Below are positions 28,230 through 36,264 of a stretch of DNA of 64,000 nucleotides, in pieces; positions within the stretch are counted from its first letter, which is position 1, and each line of letters starts with the position of its first letter. The notes below the pieces were generated by a model. The model did no database searches. It was not told the DNA's origin and was given only the letters and a program-made list of their open reading frames with translations. The stretch comes from Hydrogenophaga intermedia. Lineage in GTDB: Bacteria > Pseudomonadota > Gammaproteobacteria > Ga0077536. The DNA lies in assembly GCA_943370145.1 (NCBI GenBank), contig CALRPY020000002.1:89766-153765 (forward strand), written 5' to 3'. The translations under genes were made by a program, and so were the position numbers.

Positions 28230-28856
28230 TCAGGCGTTGAGGCTGATCGCGTAACCCCAGCTGTCGAGCCGTGAAGGAATCGCGTTGAACGCGATGGACA
28301 CGCGACGGTTTCCCATGTTGGCCGGCACCTCGTGCAGCAGATAGCTCGGCCACAACGCGAGATCGCCCGGCAGCACCTTCGGCAGCACCCACTTCGTGCC
28401 GTTGTACGACCCGACCCGGGACCGCTCGTTGTTGTTGCTGAAGACGAACTCGGCCGTGCCCATCGCCCGGTGGAAAACAGTATGGGCCGATGGGTCAACC
28501 GGGGTCAGGTAGAGCACGCCGGAGATGAAACTGTTCGCGTGCGCATGCAGCGACTGGTAACCCCCCTGCTCCAGCACGTTGATCCACATCTCCTTCACGG
28601 TCCATTCCAGCATTTCACCGAACAGCGTCGCGCCGAACTGCACGATGCGCGGCATCACCAGGGCGGCGATCTGGGCATACAGCGCATCGTTGTCCGGGCG
28701 CATGATCCGCGTGTGCGACAGGTTCGTGGACCTGGCATTGGTGGCCAGCGTTTCGCCCTCGGCGCGCTCCAGCAGGGCGTCGATGAGGCCGGCGCCGAGC
28801 AAGCGCTCCACGCGCATGAAGGGCACCGGGAAAAGACCCAGGATCTGCGCGCTCAT
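28230..28856 (-). CDS. TIGR02466 / PF13759-type putative 2OG-Fe(II) oxygenase (paralog B)
   Basis: WINVLEQGGYQSLHAHANSFISGVLYL..LALWPSYLLHEVPAN matches the family pattern as I recall it. Start trimmed to ATG 28856 (ATGA overlap with paralog A). Confidence 0.65.
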   Translation of the reverse strand: MSAQILGLFPVPFMRVERLLGAGLIDALLERAEGETLATNARSTNLSHTRIMRPDNDALYAQIAALVMPRIVQFGATLFGEMLEWTVKEMWINVLEQGGYQSLHAHANSFISGVLYLTPVDPSAHTVFHRAMGTAEFVFSNNNERSRVGSYNGTKWVLPKVLPGDLALWPSYLLHEVPANMGNRRVSIAFNAIPSRLDSWGYAISLNA

Positions 28857-29539
28857 GCCGACGGGCCTTCCATCGCCAGGATGCTGACGTTGAACGCGAC
28901 ACTGATCCGCTCCGCGCTGCCGAAGTACGGATGAACGAAGTGCTGCAACCATGATGGAAACACGATCATCTGCCCCGCGCGGGGACTGAGCAGGAAGCGG
29001 CCGTAGAGATTAGTGAGGTCCGCGTAACGCAGGCTTGCGCCCGGGCGCGGATCCACGAGTTCCAGTTTGCCGCTCAGCGGGTGGCCGTCCACGGCTTCGT
29101 TGTCCGTGACGTAGTAGACACCGGACCAGAATGCGTTGGGGTGGTTGTGCAGGCTGTGGTAGCCGCCGGGTGCCAGCACATTGGCCCAGGACTCGACATC
29201 GAAGCGGATGCGCTGGGGCGCCGCCTGCGGTCGCGCGACGCGGCGCGTGAGATCGTTGATGACCCGCTCCACCCGCTGGGCCAGTTCGCGCACGCATGGC
29301 ACATCGCGCTGGAGGAATTCGAGATCCGAGTGCCAGCCGCCGACATTGCTCCGTGTCAGCCCCGCACCCTGCCTCGCTTCGTGGACAATCAGCGCCCGCA
29401 ATTCGGCATTGAGCGGCTCGCTGTCGGGCCAGACGAGATTCATCAGCGGTGTCGAGAAGCACATCAGCAAGGCATCGTCGATCGTGGTCTGCGCGGGCAG
29501 GGCCTGCGCCGCGGCGGCGGGCGTCTCATTCGTGGTCAT
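28853..29539 (-). CDS. TIGR02466 / PF13759-type putative 2OG-Fe(II) oxygenase (paralog A)
   Basis: WANVLAPGGYHSLHNHPNAFWSGVYYV..GKLELVDPR..MIVFPSWLQHFVHPY. Start is ATG 29539; the TTG at 29569 is less likely. Confidence 0.65.
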   Translation of the reverse strand: MTTNETPAAAAQALPAQTTIDDALLMCFSTPLMNLVWPDSEPLNAELRALIVHEARQGAGLTRSNVGGWHSDLEFLQRDVPCVRELAQRVERVINDLTRRVARPQAAPQRIRFDVESWANVLAPGGYHSLHNHPNAFWSGVYYVTDNEAVDGHPLSGKLELVDPRPGASLRYADLTNLYGRFLLSPRAGQMIVFPSWLQHFVHPYFGSAERISVAFNVSILAMEGPSA

Positions 29540-29565
29540 GGCATTTCCAGGCTGGGATTGATGGG

Positions 29566-32142
29566 TCAACCGCCGAACAGCGACTCGCGCAGCGCGCGAG
29601 CCTCGGTGCGGCCCGGGTTGGCCGACTCGAGTTCGCGCAGCAGCGCGAGTGTCAGTTGCGGATCGGATTCGTAGAGCGCCCCCGCGAGACCGAGCAGTGG
29701 GCGATAGGCCGGGTCGAAATCGGGACTCATGCGCACGATGCGCAACAGTGGCTCACGGGTGCGTTCGAGCAGTCGTCGCGGGTCGGGATCCGGCCGGATG
29801 CCCGCGCCAGCCCGTAGAAAGGCATCGCGCGCTTCGCGATAGCGGGCGAGGCGCCGCGTGAACTCGTCCTCGCCCGCATGGCCGGGCGCCGTCGCGCTCG
29901 ACAGCTCGTCCAGCAGCGCCAGCACGCGCCCTTCGGCGGGTGCCTGGTCCTGGTACACGAAGCTGGGCGCCTGGTAGGTGACGCGCGGCAGGTCATCCGT
30001 ATTGATAGGGCCGGAGCCGGCAAAGTCGTGCAGCCTCTCGGCGCGTGCGAGCAGGCCGCCCAGCAGCGCGAAGTCGGAATCGAGGCGCATCTCGCGCAGT
30101 TCGGCCGCCAGGCGGGGGTCCGCCAGTCTGGGGGCGAGATGGCCGGCAAGTGCCTGTGTCGGTGCGTCCCGGTAGCCGACCAGCGCGACTATCGGCATGC
30201 CGAGGCTCAGGTGACCCAGATGGAGTTCGGCGCGGGGAAATTCCTGCAGGAAGGTGCGTGCGATGAGGCGCAAGGTTGGCAGATCGAGCTGGTAGAGCGG
30301 AAGCCACTGGCAGAACAGCCCGCCCTCGCGCAGGCGTCCGCGGACCGCCGCGAAATGCTCCCGCGTGTACAGCGTACCGCCGCCATCCCGCGACGGGTGG
30401 AAGAGATCGGCGACGATGACGTCGTAGCGCTCGCGTGTCGCGCTCACGTAGCGCCTCGCGTCCGCCGCGACGACGTGCAGACGGGGCGCGTGCGCGGGCA
30501 GGTCCGCAAACAGCGGATCGAACAACGCGAGCAGTGGCAGGATTTCCGGCAGCAGCTCGACCCCTGTGGCCGCAAGGCCCGGATGCGCGGCCGCGGCCGC
30601 GAAGGTCATGCCCGGACCGAGTCCGAGGAACAGCGCATCGCGCGGTGCCGGATGCAGCAGCAGCGGGATGTGTGCCTGTCGCCGATCGGAGTAGCGGGTC
30701 GCGGTGCCGCCCATGGTGAAGCGCTCGTCCACTTTGAGCTGGCGCGTGCCCCCACCGTCATCGACCACCGACACTGCGGCCATGCTGCCGTCGACGTGGT
30801 GTAACAGTTTGCCGCCTTGCGGCACCGTCACCAGGTGCAGCGCGGGCGCGAAGGCCCATAACGCGAGGGTCGACGCAGCCAGCCCCGGCGCAGCGGGATG
30901 CCGCCACGCGCGCCCGCTCAGCAGCGGGAGGTAGCCCGAGGCAAGGGCCAGCGCCGCGAGTTTGGCGCCGGCGGTTGGCAGCACCAGGACGCCGACGACG
31001 AAGGGCGCCAGCGCCGCCCCCAGCGTGTTCGCGGCCAGCGCGCGGCCGAGGTCGATACGTGCCGCATGCACCAGGTGTGAGAACAGGGCACCCATCGCGA
31101 GCGTGGGCGCCAGCAACACGGCGGCGGCGAGGGCCATCTCGGCCGCGATGCCGGCGAAGGGACCGGCGCCGAAGGTCGAGAGCAGTACGCCGTGCAGCCC
31201 GCGGCTGAACCACAGCAGGATGATGGCCGCGAGGCAAGTCACCGTGGTGGCCAGCAGCAGGCCGTCGAGCGTGCGCCTGAAGTCCGCACCCGGTCTGCGC
31301 CGTTGCCAGTACGCGGCGCCAAGCGCGGTGCCCAGCAGGTACACGGCAAGGACCGCGCCGAAAGTGTAGACGGTGTTTTCGAGCACCTGCGCGAGTACCC
31401 GCACGACCAGCACCTCGAATCCGACCCCGAGCAGCCCGGTCGCGAACAGCACGGGCAGCAGGTGGCGCGGCGGCGCGGCGGCGTTCGGCGTATTCCCGGT
31501 AGCATGGGAGGACGCGGTGTCGCGGTGGCTCGCAAGGAAAATCGCGGCAGCGCAGCCGAGGTTCAGCAGCGCGAGCGCGCAGAGCGTGCGCGAGTTGCCG
31601 ACGGCGGGCAGCAGGACGAAGGTAGCCAGCAGGGTGCCGAATACCGCACCGGCGGTGTTCGCCGCATAGAGGCCTGGCAGGCAGCGCGGCGCACCCGTCG
31701 TCGTCGCGACGATCCGCTCCATCGCCGGCAGCGTCGCGCCCATCGCGCAAGTGGCTGGCAGCAAAAGCACGAAGCTCGCGCCGAAGGCGAGCGACCAGTG
31801 CAGCCAGGCCGCCGGCGTCGGGCCCATCGCCATCGCGAGCAGGCCTGCCGCGGTGGGCGCCGCCGCCATCAGCACCAGCGCCCACAGGGCGATGACGATC
31901 TCGAGCGCCGCGTACCAGCGGACCGGATGGGCACTGCGCCGGATGCGGTCGTGCAGGACGAGCGCGCCCAGCGCGAGCCCCGTGAAGAATGCGCTCAGCA
32001 CCGCCAGAACGGCGATCACTTCGTGCCCGAGGAAGGAGGTGAGCACGCGCGTCCACACGATCTCGTAACCGAGGCCGGCGGCGCCCGACAGCAGCATCAC
32101 CAAGTGCAGCGCTCCGCTGCGATGGTGGCCGGCAGCGCTCAT
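29566..32142 (-). CDS. membrane-fused spermidine-synthase-like (PABS-fold) protein with C-terminal helical-repeat region
   Basis: 858 aa. About 470 aa of TM helices begin LLSGAAGLGYEIVWTRVLTSFLG. A Rossmann block follows: DALFLGLGPGMT..GVELLPEI..YDVIVADLFHP..LYTREHF..LREGGLFCQW. Confidence 0.75.
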   Translation of the reverse strand: MSAAGHHRSGALHLVMLLSGAAGLGYEIVWTRVLTSFLGHEVIAVLAVLSAFFTGLALGALVLHDRIRRSAHPVRWYAALEIVIALWALVLMAAAPTAAGLLAMAMGPTPAAWLHWSLAFGASFVLLLPATCAMGATLPAMERIVATTTGAPRCLPGLYAANTAGAVFGTLLATFVLLPAVGNSRTLCALALLNLGCAAAIFLASHRDTASSHATGNTPNAAAPPRHLLPVLFATGLLGVGFEVLVVRVLAQVLENTVYTFGAVLAVYLLGTALGAAYWQRRRPGADFRRTLDGLLLATTVTCLAAIILLWFSRGLHGVLLSTFGAGPFAGIAAEMALAAAVLLAPTLAMGALFSHLVHAARIDLGRALAANTLGAALAPFVVGVLVLPTAGAKLAALALASGYLPLLSGRAWRHPAAPGLAASTLALWAFAPALHLVTVPQGGKLLHHVDGSMAAVSVVDDGGGTRQLKVDERFTMGGTATRYSDRRQAHIPLLLHPAPRDALFLGLGPGMTFAAAAAHPGLAATGVELLPEILPLLALFDPLFADLPAHAPRLHVVAADARRYVSATRERYDVIVADLFHPSRDGGGTLYTREHFAAVRGRLREGGLFCQWLPLYQLDLPTLRLIARTFLQEFPRAELHLGHLSLGMPIVALVGYRDAPTQALAGHLAPRLADPRLAAELREMRLDSDFALLGGLLARAERLHDFAGSGPINTDDLPRVTYQAPSFVYQDQAPAEGRVLALLDELSSATAPGHAGEDEFTRRLARYREARDAFLRAGAGIRPDPDPRRLLERTREPLLRIVRMSPDFDPAYRPLLGLAGALYESDPQLTLALLRELESANPGRTEARALRESLFGG

Positions 32143-32747
32143 GCGGGGGCGAAGGCGAGTCCGATCATCATGATGCCGATCGCAGCGATCCAGCTGCCCG
32201 CCGCGCGCAAGGCGATCGCGCCCCAGTCACGCAGCGCGGCGAGCCGGTGCGCACCTGCCGTGACCAGCGTCAGCGACAGGTAGGCGGCGCAGCCGACGCC
32301 GCTGACGAACAGGAGGAGATCGCCACCTGCCGCGTGCGCGAGGCCGTTGTCGTAACCGTGGGTCACCCCCACGAGCACGGCCAGTGCGACGAGGAGGCCG
32401 GCCCGCAGGCGGGGCGCAATGGCCACGACGAGGCCGAGCAGCACGAAAGAGGCGGCATTGGCGCTCGTTATCCCCGTCAGTCCCGGCAGCAGCTGAGGCG
32501 CCGCGGCACCGAGCGCGACGGCCAGCGGGAACACGACGAGCAGGACGCGCGAGGCATGGACGGTCTGCAGGCCCGCGAGCAGGGCCAGGGCGACCCACGG
32601 CAGAACGTTCTCGAAGGCTGTCAGCGGGTGCATCAGGCCGACGTAAAAGTCGCCGAAGCGCGCCGATACGAGGTGCGCGTTCGCGGAGGCGGGGAGCGCC
32701 ATGAGCAGCGCCGCCGCCCGCCATGTCCGACGAATCCGCGGCCTCAT
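32139..32747 (-). CDS. divergent HupE/UreJ-like membrane protein
   Basis: Signal peptide ..ALPASANAH, then FGDFYVGLMHPLTAFENVLPWVA and 5-6 TM helices, in HupE-like order but with altered motifs. Trimmed from ORF 32139..33311 to ATG 32747 (ATGA overlap). Confidence 0.6.
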   Translation of the reverse strand: MRPRIRRTWRAAALLMALPASANAHLVSARFGDFYVGLMHPLTAFENVLPWVALALLAGLQTVHASRVLLVVFPLAVALGAAAPQLLPGLTGITSANAASFVLLGLVVAIAPRLRAGLLVALAVLVGVTHGYDNGLAHAAGGDLLLFVSGVGCAAYLSLTLVTAGAHRLAALRDWGAIALRAAGSWIAAIGIMMIGLAFAPA

Positions 32748-33349
32748 GCGCCGAGCACGCCGGCGTGCGCGAGCAGGAACCAGCCGCCGACCAGCGCCAC
32801 GCCGCCGCCGCAGGCACGCACGAGCAGCGCCCCCGACGGGCGGTGCTCGTGCGTGCCGATCAGGATGCCGGCGAGATGCAGCAGGCCGGTGGCAAGCACG
32901 AATCCAACCCCGTAGGCGAGCGGATTGGCGGCCGCAGGGAGTTCGGCCCCATGCGCGTGGCCGTGGAAGATCGCGAAGACCGCGACGATGGTCGCCGCGA
33001 TCGGGAGTGACGGTCGTGTGCAGGTGGCGACGAGCATGCCGAGCGCGATGGCCGAGCCGGCGACTCCGACCTCGACCATCGGCAACGGCACTCGCAGCAC
33101 CCCCAGCAGACCGCCGAGGGCCATCACGCTGGGAAACGTGATCGGCAGCGCCCACACCGCCGGGCGTCCCAGCTGGGCGCCCCACAGACCGACCGCGACC
33201 ATTGCCACCAGGTGATCGAAGCCGAGCACGGGGTGCAGCACGCCGCTGACGAAGCCGCCGGCCAGTCCCTCCTGCGAGTGGGCCCGCGCGACCCCGCAGG
33301 CACAGACGCACAGCAGGGCGAGCACAGGTTGCAGGGCATGTTTCATCAT
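32744..33349 (-). CDS. hupE: HupE/UreJ family metal (Ni/Co-type) permease
   Basis: MMKHALQPVLALLCVCACGVARAH..GFVSGVLHPVLGFDHLVAMVAVG..FAIFHGHAHGAE carries the canonical HPxxGxDH and FHGxxHG motifs. A GGGAG RBS lies 5 nt upstream. Confidence 0.82.
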   Translation of the reverse strand: MMKHALQPVLALLCVCACGVARAHSQEGLAGGFVSGVLHPVLGFDHLVAMVAVGLWGAQLGRPAVWALPITFPSVMALGGLLGVLRVPLPMVEVGVAGSAIALGMLVATCTRPSLPIAATIVAVFAIFHGHAHGAELPAAANPLAYGVGFVLATGLLHLAGILIGTHEHRPSGALLVRACGGGVALVGGWFLLAHAGVLGA

Positions 33350-33359
33350 CAGGCTCCCG

Positions 33360-34316
33360 TCAGGTGTCGAGCATCATGACCAGTCGTTCGCAGAACCACA
33401 CGGTGGCGAGCGTGCCCACGCCGTAAACGGGCAGGGCCGCGCTCCAGCGCGGCAGCTGTGCTTCGAGCGTGCGATGCGCCCAGCCGAGCGCCAGCACGAG
33501 CAACACGAACGCGAGCTGGCCGAGTTCCACACCGACATTGAAGAACAACAGTGCGGCGGGAATGCCGTCGGGTGGCAGGCCGAGCTTCGTCAGCGCGCCG
33601 GCGAAGCCGAACCCGTGCAGCAGGCCGAACGCGAAGGCGACGACCCAGGGGTAGCGCACCGTCAAACCGACCTGGCCCCGCCGACGCTTCACGACCTCGA
33701 CGGCGACGAACACGATGCTCAACGCGATTACCGCGTTGACCGGTCGCTCCGGCACCCCGAGCCAGCCCAGTGTCACCGCCGCCAGCGTCAGGCTGTGCGC
33801 GACGGTGAAGGCGGTGATGGTCTTGACCAGCATCCAGGTCGATGACACCAGCCACATGAGCCCGAGCACGAACAGGAGGTGATCGACGCCGAGCATGATG
33901 TGTTCGAAGCCGAGCGGGACGTAGCCGAGGGCGGCCTGCGCCCAGCCGACCGTGCCATCGGCGGACAGCGTGAGATTGGGCTGCGCGCCGGTCAGGGTGT
34001 AGGAGCGGGTGGCGCGGTTCAGCTGGCTGAGCTGGACCACCACGCCGGAATAACGCTTGCCGAGATCCTCGACGGTAATCGTGCCACTGAGGCCGAGTTC
34101 GCCGCATTCGAGGCGCGGACTCTCGTAGCGGCAATGGTCGGGGAACACCGCCGTCGGCGCCGGCACGCCGCGATCGGACTGGAAGTTCCAGGTCGCAATG
34201 TAGCTGCCGGGCTGCGTCTCCTTCAGCTGCAGCACGCCAATCAGCGTTTCGTGCGCCGCCGCCAAGCCCGGCGCGGCGAACAGCAGCAACAGAATCGCGC
34301 GGAGCGCTCGCCTCAT
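33360..34316 (-). CDS. HupE/UreJ_2 family membrane protein with N-terminal periplasmic domain
   Basis: Signal peptide, an extracytoplasmic domain of about 120 aa, then GFEHIMLGVDHLLFVLGL..AFTVAHSLTL..GLLHGFGFAGAL..NVGVELGQL. Confidence 0.72.
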   Translation of the reverse strand: MRRALRAILLLLFAAPGLAAAHETLIGVLQLKETQPGSYIATWNFQSDRGVPAPTAVFPDHCRYESPRLECGELGLSGTITVEDLGKRYSGVVVQLSQLNRATRSYTLTGAQPNLTLSADGTVGWAQAALGYVPLGFEHIMLGVDHLLFVLGLMWLVSSTWMLVKTITAFTVAHSLTLAAVTLGWLGVPERPVNAVIALSIVFVAVEVVKRRRGQVGLTVRYPWVVAFAFGLLHGFGFAGALTKLGLPPDGIPAALLFFNVGVELGQLAFVLLVLALGWAHRTLEAQLPRWSAALPVYGVGTLATVWFCERLVMMLDT

Positions 34317-35131
34317 GAACCGAGGTCCATGCGGATTTCATAGCGGGCGCGGATCGCCGCGATCGCGTCCGCCGCCTGCTGCTTCTGCTGGAGGTGTTTC
34401 CACTCGGATTCTGCCTGGAGGCGCACCGCTTCGAGCTTGGCCTGCTCCGCCGGCAAGACCCGGCTCACGCGCGCGGCGTGCCAGCCCTCGTTCGACTGTA
34501 CGGCCTGCCAGCGCTCGCCCGGTTGGGCGAGCAGCGTGGTCGCGAATCCGGCGCCGAACATCTGTTCGATGTTGGCCCGCGGCCGACCCTCGTAGCGCTT
34601 GATGCGATCGGTGATCCCGCCCGGCAAATCGCCGCCGTTCATTTCGGCCACGCGCGCGGCGGCGTCTCCCGCCGACTCCACCGTGAGCCTCACCTGCTCG
34701 AAGTCATAGCGTTCGGGCAGTTCGTAATATTGCCTGTTCTCCTCGAACCAGCGGCGGAGTTCTTCGTCCGTGGGACGGTCGACGACGATGCTGTCCATCA
34801 TCACCTGGCGCAGCTTGGTGACCATGCGCTCGCGGATCATGTCGTCGCCCTGGTCGAGGCCGCGCGCGATGGCTTCGCGGTACAGCACTTCGTTCTGCAC
34901 CCAGCGATACAGCAGCGAATCCATTTCCCTGGTCGTCGGCGGCCTGCCCTGGCCGCTTTCGAACATCTCGCGCAGCTCGCCGACCAGCGCATCGTCGACC
35001 CTGACCACGCGCTGGTTCGCCGCACTGTCGCCCAGCGAGTAGTCGAGCGCGAACACGAGTCCGCCGAGGATCAGGAAATGCGCCAGCGGTTCGTGCAGCA
35101 CGCGGGTTGCGAAGCGTTTGAGCCGGGACAC
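34313..35131 (-). CDS. membrane-anchored PpiC/Rotamase_2-type peptidyl-prolyl isomerase-like protein
   Basis: One N-terminal TM (LAHFLILGGLVFAL), then SurA/PpiD-like ..EMDSLLYRWVQNEVLYREA..DEELRRWFEENRQYYELPERYDFEQV..GWHAARV. The GTG start at 35131 is preceded by GGAG; ORF track start 35314 is less likely. Confidence 0.6.
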   Translation of the reverse strand: MSRLKRFATRVLHEPLAHFLILGGLVFALDYSLGDSAANQRVVRVDDALVGELREMFESGQGRPPTTREMDSLLYRWVQNEVLYREAIARGLDQGDDMIRERMVTKLRQVMMDSIVVDRPTDEELRRWFEENRQYYELPERYDFEQVRLTVESAGDAAARVAEMNGGDLPGGITDRIKRYEGRPRANIEQMFGAGFATTLLAQPGERWQAVQSNEGWHAARVSRVLPAEQAKLEAVRLQAESEWKHLQQKQQAADAIAAIRARYEIRMDLGS

Positions 35132-35429
35132 GGGGCTTACTCCAGAGGACGTCGATGCTGGTGGCGGCTGGTTCGGGCGGGCGACGGGGAGACGCAATCG
35201 CGTCCCGACCCTTCGTCCCGCGCGAGGCGTCGGAGTTAACACGGCGTGTGTGAATTCTGTATGACACGCCGCTGCAAGCGGCAAATGCCGACAACTGCGC
35301 TCGCGAAGAGTCATGAAACGTTAACCCTTGCTTAATTGTGTCGTCGCGCACGCTTTTGAAACTGTCCGCAGTCGCTCGAAACACGAGTCGGCAGTACCCC
35401 CCTTGAACCGGACAACAACAATCGGAGGG

Positions 35430-36200
35430 ATGACTCTCATGTTGCCCTGTAGAACAGCTCTGAAAACCGTCGGCGCTTCGCTCGCGCTCGGCGTCGCGCT
35501 CGCGATGGCCAACCCGGCCGCGGCGGCGTCCAACTATGCGGCCTCGGCGGTCGGTAACCTGACCCTGGTGCAGATCGCGTCAGCCGGTCCGCTGGCGGGC
35601 CTCAGCTTCTCCTTTACCGATGACAGCGACTCGACCGGTTCGGTCCTCGGCGCGGCCACGAATGGCGGCGCCGCCGCGGTCGCGAGCTTCGACGACCCGC
35701 TGGGGCTCGGCGTCGGCTTCGACCTCGAAGTCAGCGCCTTCGCGGACGGCCTGGCTGGTGACGATGGCGCGCAGAGTGCCGGCTCCAGCGAACACAGCGC
35801 CTACGCGATGGGCTTCGTCAGCATCGTCAACGGCTCGGCGAACACGGTGGACCTGACCTTCGGCCTGAGCTGGCTGCTCGACACCGCGGTTGGCGCCACG
35901 GGTGGCTTGCTCGTCGAAGACGCATTCGGCGACGCGTCCTTCGAGCTGACGGTCAACGGCGCGAGCCAGTTCCTGTCGGCCATCTCGGCGGACGTGTTCC
36001 TCGGCCCGCTCGACGCCGGCGTGAACGAACTCGACGAACTCTTCTTCAGCCTTGCGCCCGGCGAAACCCTGACGCTCGACCTGAGCGCCACCGCGTTCGG
36101 CACCGCCGACGCGTCGCCGGTGCCGGTGCCCGCGGCGCTGCCGCTGCTCGGTTCCGCGCTCGCGGGCCTGTGGGGCCTGCGTCGCCGCCGGGCGGCGTGA
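35430..36200 (+). CDS. secreted acidic protein with VPLPA/PEP-CTERM-type C-terminal sorting signal
   Basis: GGAGGG RBS, signal peptide ..ALAMANPAAAA, and a mature domain of about 225 aa with no Lys or Arg. The C-terminus reads PVPVPAALPLLGSALAGLWGLRRRRAA. Confidence 0.7.
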   Translation: MTLMLPCRTALKTVGASLALGVALAMANPAAAASNYAASAVGNLTLVQIASAGPLAGLSFSFTDDSDSTGSVLGAATNGGAAAVASFDDPLGLGVGFDLEVSAFADGLAGDDGAQSAGSSEHSAYAMGFVSIVNGSANTVDLTFGLSWLLDTAVGATGGLLVEDAFGDASFELTVNGASQFLSAISADVFLGPLDAGVNELDELFFSLAPGETLTLDLSATAFGTADASPVPVPAALPLLGSALAGLWGLRRRRAA

Positions 36201-36264
36201 GCCGCCGGCCCACGCCAGACCAATCCTGTAGACAGACCGATTCCCTGAACAGAGGAAACACTCG

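Noticed and set aside
35250-35275. GTATGA and TGTGA half-sites resembling NikR or CRP operators
   Set aside because: The partner half-sites (TCATAC at N16, TCACA at N6) are absent. Only the flanking 8-bp inverted repeat is reported.
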